Shown here: piece after piece, positions 30,314-40,435 of the stretch | Position numbering within the stretch: position 1 is the stretch's first letter | How the letters are laid out: every line of letters starts with the position of its first letter | DNA from: an uncultured Methanosarcinales archaeon | GTDB lineage: Archaea; Nanobdellota; Nanobdellia; Woesearchaeales; ARS49 | Length of the DNA stretch: 64,000 nucleotides | Assembly (NCBI GenBank): GCA_964497645.1 | Contig: CAZCCU010000002.1 | Location: 3,525-67,524, forward strand | Reading direction: 5' to 3' | Made by a program: the position numbers and the translations under genes | The notes under the pieces: generated by a model | Databases searched by the model: none | The model's input: the letters and a program-made list of their open reading frames with translations, nothing else | What the model was told of the DNA's origin: nothing

Positions 30314-32137
30314 ATGGGTAAAGAAAAAATCATAGGCATAGATCTCGGCACATCGAACAGTGCAGCATCAGTTTTAGAAGCAGGCAGGCCAAAAATAATC
30401 CCGTCAGCAGAAGGAGTATCGCTATACGGAAAAGCATTCCCGTCATTCGTCGCGTTTACGAAGGATGGACAGCTTCTTGTTGGCGAGCCGGCAAGACGAC
30501 AAGCAGTCTCAAACCCGCACGGAACAATCTACGCTGCAAAAAGAAAGATGGGCACTAATTTCAAATACCAAATCCACGGCAAAGAATACACTCCTCAGCA
30601 AATTTCTGCGTTTATCCTGCAGAAGATCAAGCGAGATGCTGAATCATTCTTAGGAGAGCCAATAACGAAAGCAGTGATTACAGTTCCTGCCTACTTTGAT
30701 GATAATCAGAGACAAGCAACCAAAGACGCAGGAACAATCGCAGGATTGGAAGTTGTACGCATTGTAAATGAGCCAACATCAGCAGCACTCGCATACGGTC
30801 TTGACAAAGCAGGCCAGGAACAAAAGATTCTCGTGTTTGACCTTGGCGGCGGAACATTAGACGTCACAATCATGGACTTCTCAGAAGGAGTCTTTGAAGT
30901 CGTAAGCACATCAGGAGACACGCAGCTAGGTGGCACAGATATGGATAATGTGTTGATTAGCTACATTGTCAAGGACTTCCAGAAAGAATCTGGAGTTGAT
31001 TTGAGCACAGACGCAGTAGCAATGCAGAGAATCAGAGAATCAGCAGAAAAAGCAAAAATAGAATTGAGCACAGTACTTGAGACTGAAATCAACCTGCCAT
31101 TCGTCACGGCAACACAGCAAGGACCAAAACACTTGCAGATGAAGCTCACACGAGCCAAATTAGACGAGTTGATTGATCCGATAGTTAAAAAATGCAAGAA
31201 ATCAGTCGACCAAGCAATAAGCGACTCAAAATTAGCAGTCAAGGACCTACACAGAGTCGTCCTTGTAGGCGGACCAACAAGAATGCCACTAGTCCAGAAG
31301 TATCTGGAACAATGGTTCGGCAACAAGGTTGAAAGAAGCATCGACCCGATGGAATGCGTCGCAATGGGAGCAGCAATCCAAGCAGGAGTGCTCGCAGGAG
31401 AAGTAAAAGACATACTGTTGCTGGACGTCACACCATTAAGCTTAGGAATTGAGACACTCGGAGGCGTGTTCACCAAATTAATTGAAAGAAACACAACAAT
31501 TCCAGTAAAAAGAAGCCAAAACTTCAGCACTGCGGCAGACGACCAGTCAGCTGTCACAATAAGAATCTCGCAAGGAGAACGACCAATGTTTACTGATAAT
31601 AAACTGCTCGGACAATTCGACCTTGTAGGAATCCCGTCAGCTCCCCGCGGAATCCCGCAGATTGAAGTTACGTTCGATATTGACGCGAACGGAATACTCA
31701 ATGTTTCTGCAAAAGACCTTGGCACCGAAAAAGAACAGAGCATGAGAATAACAGCTCCAAACAAGCTGGACACGGCAGAAGTCGAAAAAATGCGCAAACA
31801 AGCAGAAGAGTTCGCAGAAGTTGACAAGAAAAAGAAAGACGAAATAGAAACAATCAACCAAGCAGACACGCTGGTCTACACTGCAGAAAAACAGATGAAA
31901 GACTTTGAAGGCAAAATAAGCGAAAAAGAAATAAAGGACGTCAAAGACAAGATAAACGAGCTCAAGAAATTATTGGCAGAGAGTCCACGAGACCCTGCAA
32001 AGATAAAGAAAAACCTTGACGAGTGCAACCACGTCCTGCACGCGGCAGCCACTGCTTTGTACCAAAAAGCAGGCGCAAAAGCGCAAAAGCCAGGCAAGGG
32101 CAAAGAAGAAGATGTCGTAGACGCGGAAAAAGCATAA
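30314..32137 (+). CDS. dnaK: chaperone DnaK
   Basis: [29 protein letters not shown]. Confidence 0.98.
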   Translation: MGKEKIIGIDLGTSNSAASVLEAGRPKIIPSAEGVSLYGKAFPSFVAFTKDGQLLVGEPARRQAVSNPHGTIYAAKRKMGTNFKYQIHGKEYTPQQISAFILQKIKRDAESFLGEPITKAVITVPAYFDDNQRQATKDAGTIAGLEVVRIVNEPTSAALAYGLDKAGQEQKILVFDLGGGTLDVTIMDFSEGVFEVVSTSGDTQLGGTDMDNVLISYIVKDFQKESGVDLSTDAVAMQRIRESAEKAKIELSTVLETEINLPFVTATQQGPKHLQMKLTRAKLDELIDPIVKKCKKSVDQAISDSKLAVKDLHRVVLVGGPTRMPLVQKYLEQWFGNKVERSIDPMECVAMGAAIQAGVLAGEVKDILLLDVTPLSLGIETLGGVFTKLIERNTTIPVKRSQNFSTAADDQSAVTIRISQGERPMFTDNKLLGQFDLVGIPSAPRGIPQIEVTFDIDANGILNVSAKDLGTEKEQSMRITAPNKLDTAEVEKMRKQAEEFAEVDKKKKDEIETINQADTLVYTAEKQMKDFEGKISEKEIKDVKDKINELKKLLAESPRDPAKIKKNLDECNHVLHAAATALYQKAGAKAQKPGKGKEEDVVDAEKA

Positions 32138-32155
32138 GTTCAAGAGACTGAACCA

Positions 32156-32314
32156 ATGGAATACAAACTATATGCGTACATCGCATTTGCACTCTTAGCA
32201 GTCTATTTCTTAGTGCGAATGGCAGAGCAATGGGCGATAAAAAAGCTCATAAGAGCAGAATTCGAACACGTTATTCATAGTGAGGAACACAAGGTCAAAG
32301 GACGATATCAATGA
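32156..32314 (+). CDS. small single-TM protein (52 aa, absent from ORF track)
   Basis: MEYKLYAYIAFALLAVYFLVRMAEQWAIKKLIRAEFEHVIHSEEHKVKGRYQ; ATGA overlap with dnaJ. Confidence 0.7.
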   Translation: MEYKLYAYIAFALLAVYFLVRMAEQWAIKKLIRAEFEHVIHSEEHKVKGRYQ

Positions 32315-33375
32315 CCAAGGATTATTACAAGATTCTCGGAATAGAAAAAGGAGTGTCAACAGAAGACATCAAAAAGGCCTACAAGAAACTAGCCAAAAAA
32401 TACCATCCAGACATCAACAAAGAAGCCGGTGCATCTGACAAGTTCAAAGAAATAAACGAAGCAGCAGCGGTATTAGGTGACCCTGACAAAAGAGCGCAAT
32501 ACGACCAGTTCGGCACAGCAGACTCCGGACAACAATTCTCAGGATTCGACTTTAGAGACTTCGCTGGCAGTGTTAATTTTGATGACATATTCGACCAATT
32601 CTTCTCAGGATTCGGCTTCAAAAAAGGCAGAAGCGGAAGACCAGGCAGAGATTTAGTAGCAGAAGTCGATATTACACTAGAAGACGTAGCTAAGGGCGCT
32701 ACGCGAGAAATCGACGTGCAAAGAATGGTGCAGTGCGCAGAATGCCGAGGCAAAGGCGGAAGCAATTTCACACAATGCAACACCTGCCAAGGACAAGGCG
32801 TGGTAAGACACGCAAAAAGAACACCATTCGGAATGTTCGCAACGACAACATCCTGCAATAACTGCCGCGGCAGCGGAGAAGTCGCTGAAAACATCTGCAA
32901 AGAATGCGACGGAGAAGGAAGATTGGTAAGCAGAGAGCCAGTAAAAGTCAAAATACCAGCAGGAATACATGATGGAATGCGATTGCGCGTCAGCGGAGAA
33001 GGAGAAGCAGGAGAGCACGGAGCGCCAGCAGGAGACCTTTATGTTCTAGTACACGTCCCTGAAGACAAAAGATTCACCCGAGATGGAGAAGATTTGATCA
33101 TCGAACAGCCAATCAGCTTTTCAACAGCATGCATGGGTGGTGAGCTGACAGTTGAAACACTTGAAGGCAAGAAAAAAATCGATGTAAAGCCAGGAACGCA
33201 GAATAATTCTGAGATAAGGCTTGACGGAGAAGGACTTCCAGAGCTAAGAAGCGGAAGACAAGGAGACTTTGTAATAAAAATATCAGTTGAAGTCCCAAAG
33301 AAAATAAGCAAAAAACAGGCAGAGTTACTGAAAGAATTCGAGAAAGAAGGCAAAAAGAAATGGGGATTGTTCTGA
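32311..33375 (+). CDS. dnaJ: chaperone DnaJ
   Basis: J domain HPD, G/F region, four CxxCxGxG motifs. Confidence 0.97.
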   Translation: MTKDYYKILGIEKGVSTEDIKKAYKKLAKKYHPDINKEAGASDKFKEINEAAAVLGDPDKRAQYDQFGTADSGQQFSGFDFRDFAGSVNFDDIFDQFFSGFGFKKGRSGRPGRDLVAEVDITLEDVAKGATREIDVQRMVQCAECRGKGGSNFTQCNTCQGQGVVRHAKRTPFGMFATTTSCNNCRGSGEVAENICKECDGEGRLVSREPVKVKIPAGIHDGMRLRVSGEGEAGEHGAPAGDLYVLVHVPEDKRFTRDGEDLIIEQPISFSTACMGGELTVETLEGKKKIDVKPGTQNNSEIRLDGEGLPELRSGRQGDFVIKISVEVPKKISKKQAELLKEFEKEGKKKWGLF

Positions 33376-34218
33376 TTATTTCTTAATATTTTTAACGTAA
33401 AAAGTTGACTCGTCCCCGTCAAATTTCAGCGCACGAGCGCTGTCATCATATATTTTCTTGAAATCATCAATAAGTCTTGCTCTCTTTGCCGGCTCTTTTC
33501 TGAACAAAGGATGTTTTTGTGCAGGATAAAGCCACACTTGATTAATATTGCCTATGCGGGCAACTTCGCAAGCAACTTTGAGGCCGAGAACACTGGTAGG
33601 GTCCGCCTTTGGATAATCAGTGCGGGTATCTTGTATTTGGTCAACAACAATAACATCGTCAGCTGCCATTTTCCTATACCAAAAGCCAACCGTGCTCAAA
33701 TGCTGGTATGGTTCCTCTGAGCCAGCTGGATGATGCAGAATTTCAATGTTGAATGGAGCATCAGAAACAACCGCTTCACCAGGCCTGTTACCAATGCCGA
33801 AATTCGTCCTGACTTTATAACGAGAACTGAAATCTTCGCCCAACCTGACGCGGTCGGTAAGTTCAGCACGCGTGTTGAATTGCCGAAGATAATCGATAAC
33901 GCCATTGCTGACAGTTGGTTCTGTGCCAATTAGATATGCCTCGAGAAGAAAATCAGGAACTGCCATTTTTCTTGCCAAAAGAGGGACAAGCGCTGCAGGC
34001 ATCACTCTAGGCGACGGTCTTAATTGATCGCCTGCAGTGTCAAAATAATTGTCAGCACCATCTAAATTACTTAAATCATCCTTGAGTAACTCAAAAGCAT
34101 CAGATAAGTCTTTGTCCGAAAGGGGCTCTTGTGTATTTAGAATGGTTCCAAGATTGCACCGCAACTCAGAAAACCTACCTTCGCAAGTGACCTCTCTCTT
34201 ACGTCTAGAGTCCCCCAT
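33376..34218 (-). CDS. hypothetical protein, paralog of the next gene (possibly VirK/YbjX- or GNAT-like fold)
   Basis: Shares CEGRF.EL, T.FGIG, DAP..IE, VGFWY, QIQ and KHP.F with 34269-35213; own TATA. Confidence 0.65.
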   Translation of the reverse strand: MGDSRRKREVTCEGRFSELRCNLGTILNTQEPLSDKDLSDAFELLKDDLSNLDGADNYFDTAGDQLRPSPRVMPAALVPLLARKMAVPDFLLEAYLIGTEPTVSNGVIDYLRQFNTRAELTDRVRLGEDFSSRYKVRTNFGIGNRPGEAVVSDAPFNIEILHHPAGSEEPYQHLSTVGFWYRKMAADDVIVVDQIQDTRTDYPKADPTSVLGLKVACEVARIGNINQVWLYPAQKHPLFRKEPAKRARLIDDFKKIYDDSARALKFDGDESTFYVKNIKK

Positions 34219-34268
34219 AACCACCGGCGAGTGATTAATATATAAAAATCTACCGTTTTTAAGCATAC

Positions 34269-35213
34269 TTATAACACCTTCTTATAATAAGTACTTCTGG
34301 TTCCTGTAAAACCTAGAGCTTTAGCACTAGAGTCGTAGTACCCAGTAAATTCACCTTTCATTCTTGGCTTTCTATCCGGAAATTGCATAAACATAGGGTG
34401 CTTGTCTGCGGAATAGGTCTCTATTGCTCCGAAGCCCAGTTGTCTGGCTACCAGCTCGGCAATCTCCATGCCAACGATTCCCATTTGGGAGTCATTGCCA
34501 GGAAGCTGAGCCTTCTGGGGCTGCTGAATCTGGCTAATAACCATGACATCTTTCTTTTCCATAGGATCGTGTTTATACCAGAAACCAACAAGCAAAGACG
34601 GCTTTTTATCAGGGTTGAAAAGCTCAATACTGTACGGAGCGTCTGGAACAACAGCATCAGCTTCAGTGCGGCCAATGCCAAACTTGGTTCTTAATGAAAA
34701 TCCTCTTAAAGGAGCTCTATCAGGAGCTAAGCGAATAGGCTGTTCATAGCCCTTTTTAGCCTTCTCGTGATCCTTAACGGTCTCTTTTCGGATAGCTATC
34801 CGCCTTGAATCCAGGTCAAGATCAAGCTCTTCTTCAAGGTCCAGACCTTTGTGCCATTTTCCAAGGAGGCCGGCCATCCTGCTTCCGCAATTCTGGCGTT
34901 CTAAATAGCCTCGTGGTAAGCTTTCTTCCATCACGAATGCTCTGGAAATAAGCGGGACGAGATCTATGTGGGCATCAGCATCTGCATGTAATGAGTTAGG
35001 CCTAATAATATCCATATTTGACTGGAAATATGGGTCCAGTGGGTCAATAGTTTCCAGCCGATTAGCAATTAGGAAATAGGCATCCCTTAGCTCTTTAGGA
35101 GTCACACTCCTACTAAGACCTGGGGGCAATAGCAGTTCAAGAGCTTCAGTCAATTCGCCAGTAAGCTCGTTGAACCTTCCTTCACATTTTATAGTTCTTA
35201 CCTCGTTTTCCAT
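34269..35213 (-). CDS. hypothetical protein, paralog of the previous gene
   Basis: Same shared motifs; own BRE/TATA at 35238-35261. Confidence 0.65.
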   Translation of the reverse strand: MENEVRTIKCEGRFNELTGELTEALELLLPPGLSRSVTPKELRDAYFLIANRLETIDPLDPYFQSNMDIIRPNSLHADADAHIDLVPLISRAFVMEESLPRGYLERQNCGSRMAGLLGKWHKGLDLEEELDLDLDSRRIAIRKETVKDHEKAKKGYEQPIRLAPDRAPLRGFSLRTKFGIGRTEADAVVPDAPYSIELFNPDKKPSLLVGFWYKHDPMEKKDVMVISQIQQPQKAQLPGNDSQMGIVGMEIAELVARQLGFGAIETYSADKHPMFMQFPDRKPRMKGEFTGYYDSSAKALGFTGTRSTYYKKVL

Positions 35214-35351
35214 AGTACTACTATGTAGTGGTTAAAGTATATAAATCTTACTGTTTTTACCACTTTTAAGTGACTAAATAAGAGAGGTTTAAATAGCGAA
35301 GACAATATCACTTACTTCTTTAAAGCAGGTGAAAACAGAATTTGTAATGCT

Positions 35352-35888
35352 CTAGGCACACAGTTCTCTCAATCTCTTCAAAGCGCGAGCCTTGAAAGTG
35401 CGGACTTTTGACGCCGGTACTTTCAGCATAGCCCCAATTTCAACAAAAGTATGCGGTTTTTGGTCGTACAAACCATAATGGGAAGTAATCACGTACCGCT
35501 CATGCAGAGGCAAAGACTTCACTTCCCTGCAAAGCCTGTTAATAGCCGACCGGTCCTCTCTATTAATGATGTCATCCAGCGGAGTCCGCCCATGCGCAGC
35601 ATCATGATCAAGAGAGTCAAACGGCTCAAAGTGCCTCGACCGGCGCTTTTCAGTCTTAGTGATGTCCATAATCTTACGGCCCATGCACGTACAGACATAC
35701 GTTGAAAAAGATCCTTTTTTAGGATCATACTTCTGGGCAACTTCCCACATCCTGAACGCTGCTTCCTGCGCAGCATCATCACGCAGATAAAGAGGGCTAC
35801 GATTTTTTGCCATCGCATACGCCAAGCGCATATGAGAAGCAACCAAAGAGTCAACCGGCTTATTACTTCCCTGATAGTCCCCACTCAT
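35352..35888 (-). CDS. sigma-70 family RNA polymerase sigma factor-like protein
   Basis: Region 2 (LV.SHMRLAY..A, DD..QEA, KYDPKKG.FSTY) and region 4 HTH (LP..ER.VI...YGL....T..EIG..L.V....VR....RAL.RLR). Confidence 0.85.
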   Translation of the reverse strand: MSGDYQGSNKPVDSLVASHMRLAYAMAKNRSPLYLRDDAAQEAAFRMWEVAQKYDPKKGSFSTYVCTCMGRKIMDITKTEKRRSRHFEPFDSLDHDAAHGRTPLDDIINREDRSAINRLCREVKSLPLHERYVITSHYGLYDQKPHTFVEIGAMLKVPASKVRTFKARALKRLRELCA

Positions 35889-35975
35889 GTAAATCAGGAA
35901 TTTGGAGAGCTATAAAAAGATATCGCGATGATTTAAGTCACAATCTTTATAATAGCAAAAAACTTTTGCAAGATC

Positions 35976-36632
35976 ATGGGGGAATTAGCTATAGCAGTTC
36001 TAATGCGCGAACTAATATGCAGATTGAGCCCTTCATATGGTGATGTCGCGCGGAGATTTAAAGACGAACAAGACAAAAAACCCCACAAGCCATACGACGA
36101 GGCAAACATCCTTGGAAAAGTATCCAAACACTACCTCAGATGCATCATCGAAAGCGCACCACGACTGTTCAAAAGCGTCCATGAAATCGAAGGAAGAGAT
36201 TCCTACTATTCAACAGACAACGGCTGCCAAATGCTTGTCGAAACAGCAGCCCTTGACCCAAACAGGAAAGACGTGTGCACTATTGACACTCTGACAGAAT
36301 TCAACGGCCGCACAGCCTTAATCGACATAAGAGCCAGCGATTGGGCAAACATACGAGAGAACTATTTCACAAAAAGAAAAGGATACGTGCCAATACTTGA
36401 TGCCATCTTTGGACAAGATGCATATGACAGAATCCTATTATTATGCAGCGACGTCCCGCCAACACGCGATGAAATCGGAAGGCGGATAGACAAAAGATTC
36501 CACAGAGGAGTCCACATCGTAAAACTGCAACTTGAGCTTGCACAGCTGGAAAGAATGGCATCCAACATCGGACGCCAATACAAACTGCTCAGACCAGTCA
36601 GCCCTATCACGCCAAAGACTACAAGTCCATAA
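35976..36632 (+). CDS. hypothetical protein, weak PD-(D/E)xK-like pattern
   Basis: IDTL...ALIDIR pattern only. Confidence 0.5.
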   Translation: MGELAIAVLMRELICRLSPSYGDVARRFKDEQDKKPHKPYDEANILGKVSKHYLRCIIESAPRLFKSVHEIEGRDSYYSTDNGCQMLVETAALDPNRKDVCTIDTLTEFNGRTALIDIRASDWANIRENYFTKRKGYVPILDAIFGQDAYDRILLLCSDVPPTRDEIGRRIDKRFHRGVHIVKLQLELAQLERMASNIGRQYKLLRPVSPITPKTTSP

Positions 36633-36664
36633 AGCTTAAAAGCAGGAAAAAAGACATTTCTCAC

Positions 36665-37315
36665 ATGGTCAGCGTATATCTTCAAGGCCCAAAATGGTTC
36701 TTCGGAGCAGATGCCAGTTTAGAAGCTTTTGCAGCAGTGATTGCTTTATGCGTTGCGTTCGCGTCATTTCGCGTCTACAGGATGACGCGCGAGAAAAAAT
36801 ACGGCTATTTCACAGCAAGCATGATGTTGTTAACGCTCAGCTTCCTATCACGCGCAATAGCTGACACGCTGCTTGAAGAGTTGCTATTCACACTGCCCAG
36901 CAACGTGACAGGGTTAATCTTCTTCATAGGATACGTCGCGCACATTCTACTCGCATTGATCGCATACCTGATCCTAGTAATTGTTACATACAAAATAACT
37001 GACAAGCGCATCATAACATTGCTGTTCATTCTCACACTGCCAAGCCTGCTGATCAGCGGCAGCTATTTCCTAAGCTTCTACGGGCTAAGCGCCATATTGC
37101 TCGCATTCATCGCGTTTTCATATTACCAAAACTACCGCAAAGTGTGCAAAGCATCAGCGTGCATGGTATTTGTATCATTTCTGCTTTTGACGCTCGCGCA
37201 AGTCCTGTTCCTGTTCGAAGCAATCCATGACCCGCTCTACGTCGCAGCACACGTCACACAAGCAGCAGGATATCTCGTATTACTTTCCGCACTGGTTAAA
37301 ACCCTACTCAAATGA
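36665..37315 (+). CDS. 7-TM membrane sensor-like protein
   Basis: About seven hydrophobic helices; ATGA overlap with the wHTH gene. Confidence 0.7.
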   Translation: MVSVYLQGPKWFFGADASLEAFAAVIALCVAFASFRVYRMTREKKYGYFTASMMLLTLSFLSRAIADTLLEELLFTLPSNVTGLIFFIGYVAHILLALIAYLILVIVTYKITDKRIITLLFILTLPSLLISGSYFLSFYGLSAILLAFIAFSYYQNYRKVCKASACMVFVSFLLLTLAQVLFLFEAIHDPLYVAAHVTQAAGYLVLLSALVKTLLK

Positions 37316-37578
37316 AAAGGTCAAAACTCGACATTGTGTACGACATGCTTCGAGCAATCGAAGACAAGGGAGGAAAGATTATTCCCACACACTTACTTTA
37401 CAAGTCAAACCTTTCACACCAACGAATGAAATTGTATCTAGAAGAGTTGAAGCAAAGAAACCTGATTGCTGAAACACGTTTCAAAGAAAAATTACACTAT
37501 ATGTTAACAGACGAAGGCAGAAAATTCGTGCAAAACTACAAACAGATGAAACAGTTCACTGAGGCGTTCGGACTTTAG
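37312..37578 (+). CDS. winged-helix transcriptional regulator (archaeal HTH_45/ArnR1-like)
   Basis: MKRSKLDI..D.L, PTHLLYKSNLS, Y.LT.EG..F. Confidence 0.8.
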   Translation: MKRSKLDIVYDMLRAIEDKGGKIIPTHLLYKSNLSHQRMKLYLEELKQRNLIAETRFKEKLHYMLTDEGRKFVQNYKQMKQFTEAFGL

Positions 37579-38113
37579 GCTTAACTAGAGCGTATACTTG
37601 GCCGTTCCATAGATATCCAGCGGCTTTTTCTTTCACAACATCAGGAAAGTCTAGAAGCTCGTGGAAAGCCTCAATATTGTTTGGCAGGCCAGAAACATAA
37701 GCCGTGCTTTTCGCCACCTGTTTTTTAGTATCCCGCACTAAAGCAGTAGCGAGAAGAAGAGCATATCGGTCTTCCTCAGCCATGCTGTTCTTCCATGCGA
37801 TTTCAACAGTCTTCCTGCGCAGAGCTTTATGGTCCTTGCGACCAACACCAGCAGTGTAGTTCTCAAATGTTGCGCGGATTCTATCTATAGTGTAGCCATC
37901 AACTGGATTTTTTGCGGGTTTTAATGACTGGAACAAATGCTGAGGCAAACGCCGGTTAGAAACTCTCCTAATCGCTTTGACAAATCCATCGAGCCCATCG
38001 TAATAGGAATATGTGATTTGCTGACCCGCAAAAGGAACAAACAAAGCAGAAAAGTCAAAAACAACTAAATCATGAGCCTTACAGATACCTTCCAAGCCAA
38101 AATCTCCACCCAT
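37556..38113 (-). CDS. hypothetical protein, possibly degenerate PIN domain
   Basis: N-terminal LVVFDFSAL and later S..ED..L..A. Confidence 0.5.
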   Translation of the reverse strand: MGGDFGLEGICKAHDLVVFDFSALFVPFAGQQITYSYYDGLDGFVKAIRRVSNRRLPQHLFQSLKPAKNPVDGYTIDRIRATFENYTAGVGRKDHKALRRKTVEIAWKNSMAEEDRYALLLATALVRDTKKQVAKSTAYVSGLPNNIEAFHELLDFPDVVKEKAAGYLWNGQVYALVKPKVRTPQ

Positions 38114-38146
38114 TAAGACGAGAAAAGCACTGTTCTATAAAAAGTT

Positions 38147-38248
38147 TTAGCCCTCAACGCGCTCTTTTTTACGCTCAATACGCTCAGAAGGAGAGGGCTC
38201 TTCGTCAGAAACCTTGGACGCTGGAGCCACCTTCAGACGAATATTCAT
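38147..38248 (-). CDS. putative 33-aa peptide
   Basis: MNIRLKVAPASKVSDEEPSPSERIERKKERVEG, with TAAGATTTAAATA box about 30 nt upstream. Confidence 0.4.
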   Translation of the reverse strand: MNIRLKVAPASKVSDEEPSPSERIERKKERVEG

Positions 38249-38429
38249 CTCAAAAGAATATATACTCTTTCTTAGTATTTAAATCTTATCTGTGAAACGC
38301 ACCGAGGCCACACTGAAAACCTTGGGAGTCTGGGACAATCGTCCTCCCTGTAATTGTAGTCACTGTTTAGTAGGTACTAATACAAAGTTTTATATATCTT
38401 TCGGCTTTCATCATCTTTGAGGCAATCTC

Positions 38430-39449
38430 ATGGAAACCAAATACGGAATCATTTCCGATATTCACCGCGTAGACCCACGTGTGGTCTTTTTGGCAATCGA
38501 TTACTTTAAACAGAAAGGGACTAATGGAATCATTCTGAACGGCGACATTGTTGGAGATCAATATGCCGAGCTTAGCCCGAAAGATTACCTTGCGCTCGTA
38601 CTTGACCATGCAGGGAAGTCAAACATCGAGACTTTTGTCCAGCCAGGAAGCCACGAAGAAGTTGCTGAGACAGAGCCAGTGATTGAAGCGCTCCAGAACC
38701 GATATCCTAATCTCATCTACACCATAGAGCAATCGAAAAATGAAAAGCCAGACCATCACCTCGTATTCTTACCAGGTTCTGACTGGCGCTTCGCAAATGC
38801 ATTGCATACGGGTTATGCATTAGAACGCGGAGAACACCAAACGGGATTGTACAAAACACCTGCGGGCCATCTTCGTCTCACGAACATGGAAGACTTGAGG
38901 AAGCTCGTCACCGACCCAGATAAGACTATCCTCGTATGCCATATCCCGAGGAAATTCTCAAATGTTGAAACAGCAGTCGATTACGCACATTACCTTGATA
39001 TCATGCATGTTAATCTCTCAGGAGAACCACGCCTCAAACCAGAGGGCATACTCCCTGCGGTAATGCGCCCTCAGTTTGAAGCAGCAGGAAATCCGGTACT
39101 GCGATTCGATTCTACTCCGCAAACAGAAGAGAAAATTATCCAGTTTGCCCGCAAATATTCACCTAAGAAAAGCATCAGTATAGCTGTCGAACGGAAAGAA
39201 GACAGAGGAAACGCTGATCTCGAAGAACTAACCACTGAACTTGGAATAAAGAAATACATAACGGGCCATTTCCATGAGGCTACCCACCGCGCACACGATA
39301 GAATGGGTGCGCCTCGCAGACAAGGAGAATTAGGCGATGAGTTATTCTGGATGGCCAGCCATGCGGACAGCGGTAAGATAGGAATCCTCACAGTCAAAGA
39401 TAACAAAGTCGCATACGAAAACATAGACTTGACAGAATATCTTCGCTAA
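38430..39449 (+). CDS. calcineurin-like metallophosphoesterase
   Basis: ISDIH, NGD, PGSHE, H.P, GHFHE. Confidence 0.85.
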   Translation: METKYGIISDIHRVDPRVVFLAIDYFKQKGTNGIILNGDIVGDQYAELSPKDYLALVLDHAGKSNIETFVQPGSHEEVAETEPVIEALQNRYPNLIYTIEQSKNEKPDHHLVFLPGSDWRFANALHTGYALERGEHQTGLYKTPAGHLRLTNMEDLRKLVTDPDKTILVCHIPRKFSNVETAVDYAHYLDIMHVNLSGEPRLKPEGILPAVMRPQFEAAGNPVLRFDSTPQTEEKIIQFARKYSPKKSISIAVERKEDRGNADLEELTTELGIKKYITGHFHEATHRAHDRMGAPRRQGELGDELFWMASHADSGKIGILTVKDNKVAYENIDLTEYLR

Positions 39450-39558
39450 ACCTCACCTTTTGCTACAATCCTAAAAACTCTTTTTATAGTCGACCTTTTC
39501 TAACCGTTAAAGAAGGTGAAAGATTTTGGAATAATTTTTATAGGACACACGGGTTTCC

Positions 39559-39771
39559 ATGCGCATGCACGAGAGCTGGCACGTTGTATGGGAGTTGATG
39601 TTGATCTTAGGTTCTGTGCTGATTTTCAGAAGCGTATGGCTGTTGCTTGACATCAATCTTGGCAACCGCGCGTTGGGATTGTTGCTGGTGCTTGGCTTTG
39701 TTCTGGTTATTCCTGCGTTATACATCCTGAACAGCCATCTGGAAAGATATTATAAAAAGAAGACGCGTTAA
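39559..39771 (+). CDS. small two-TM membrane protein
   Basis: Two hydrophobic helices, FRSVW.LLD; TATA upstream. Confidence 0.65.
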   Translation: MRMHESWHVVWELMLILGSVLIFRSVWLLLDINLGNRALGLLLVLGFVLVIPALYILNSHLERYYKKKTR

Positions 39772-39856
39772 TCATAATCCTCTCAAATTCCCTACTTTTT
39801 CTCACCGTTCGAAAAGGGCGAGAAATTCTGACGATGAGAACTGGTGGGCGAATTTG

Positions 39857-40435
39857 TTAAAGTTGGTCTTCTATGTATACAACTTCTTTTAACAATCCCT
39901 CTTTTAACGGCAGTTCATCAATTTTTTTAAGTTGCTGGTCTTTAATGTACGTAAGACTCTTGTACTTATGATCCACATATAACTTTTTGGCAGAATTCAA
40001 ATCTCGTGCCAAAAAAATCATATCTACTATCCCGCCACCAAGAGTGTGACACCCATCATCTGACCCTAAATGAGAAAATACATAAGCTCTCAATTCACCT
40101 TCTGGAATTTCATGAGCAGAAGGATTAAAGCGAGTTTCCTTTGGGAGATAATCATCTATAGTCACAGGTTTTCGGTAAACGCCCTGAAAGCTCTCATCCA
40201 TGCAATTACCAGCGCTTCGCTCTTGATGGATGTCGAATACAAAGACTATTGTCCGATCGGATCCGGGTATGCGTACCTCCTCACCACTCTCGCCTTTAGG
40301 AAGGGGCTGAAGTTGGTCTATACCTGAATACAGTATTTCTTTTGTGGCGTCGACATCAGGGCAGAAATCAGGCGTCCGGCAGTGATACTTCACACGCACA
40401 CGATCATCAAGAAATTCAACATGTTCGATGCCCAT
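39857..40435 (-). CDS. hypothetical protein
   Basis: 192-aa ORF with BRE/TATA at 40458-40474. Confidence 0.6.
   Translation of the reverse strand: MGIEHVEFLDDRVRVKYHCRTPDFCPDVDATKEILYSGIDQLQPLPKGESGEEVRIPGSDRTIVFVFDIHQERSAGNCMDESFQGVYRKPVTIDDYLPKETRFNPSAHEIPEGELRAYVFSHLGSDDGCHTLGGGIVDMIFLARDLNSAKKLYVDHKYKSLTYIKDQQLKKIDELPLKEGLLKEVVYIEDQL

Noticed and set aside
30961..31869. Long antisense ORF in dnaK and many similar shadow ORFs (e.g. 41937-42551, 44718-45362)
   Set aside because: By-products of codon bias on the opposite strand of well-supported genes.
39828..39853. CTGACGA...GAA resembling a hammerhead ribozyme core
   Set aside because: No stem II and no GAAA with correct flanking helices.
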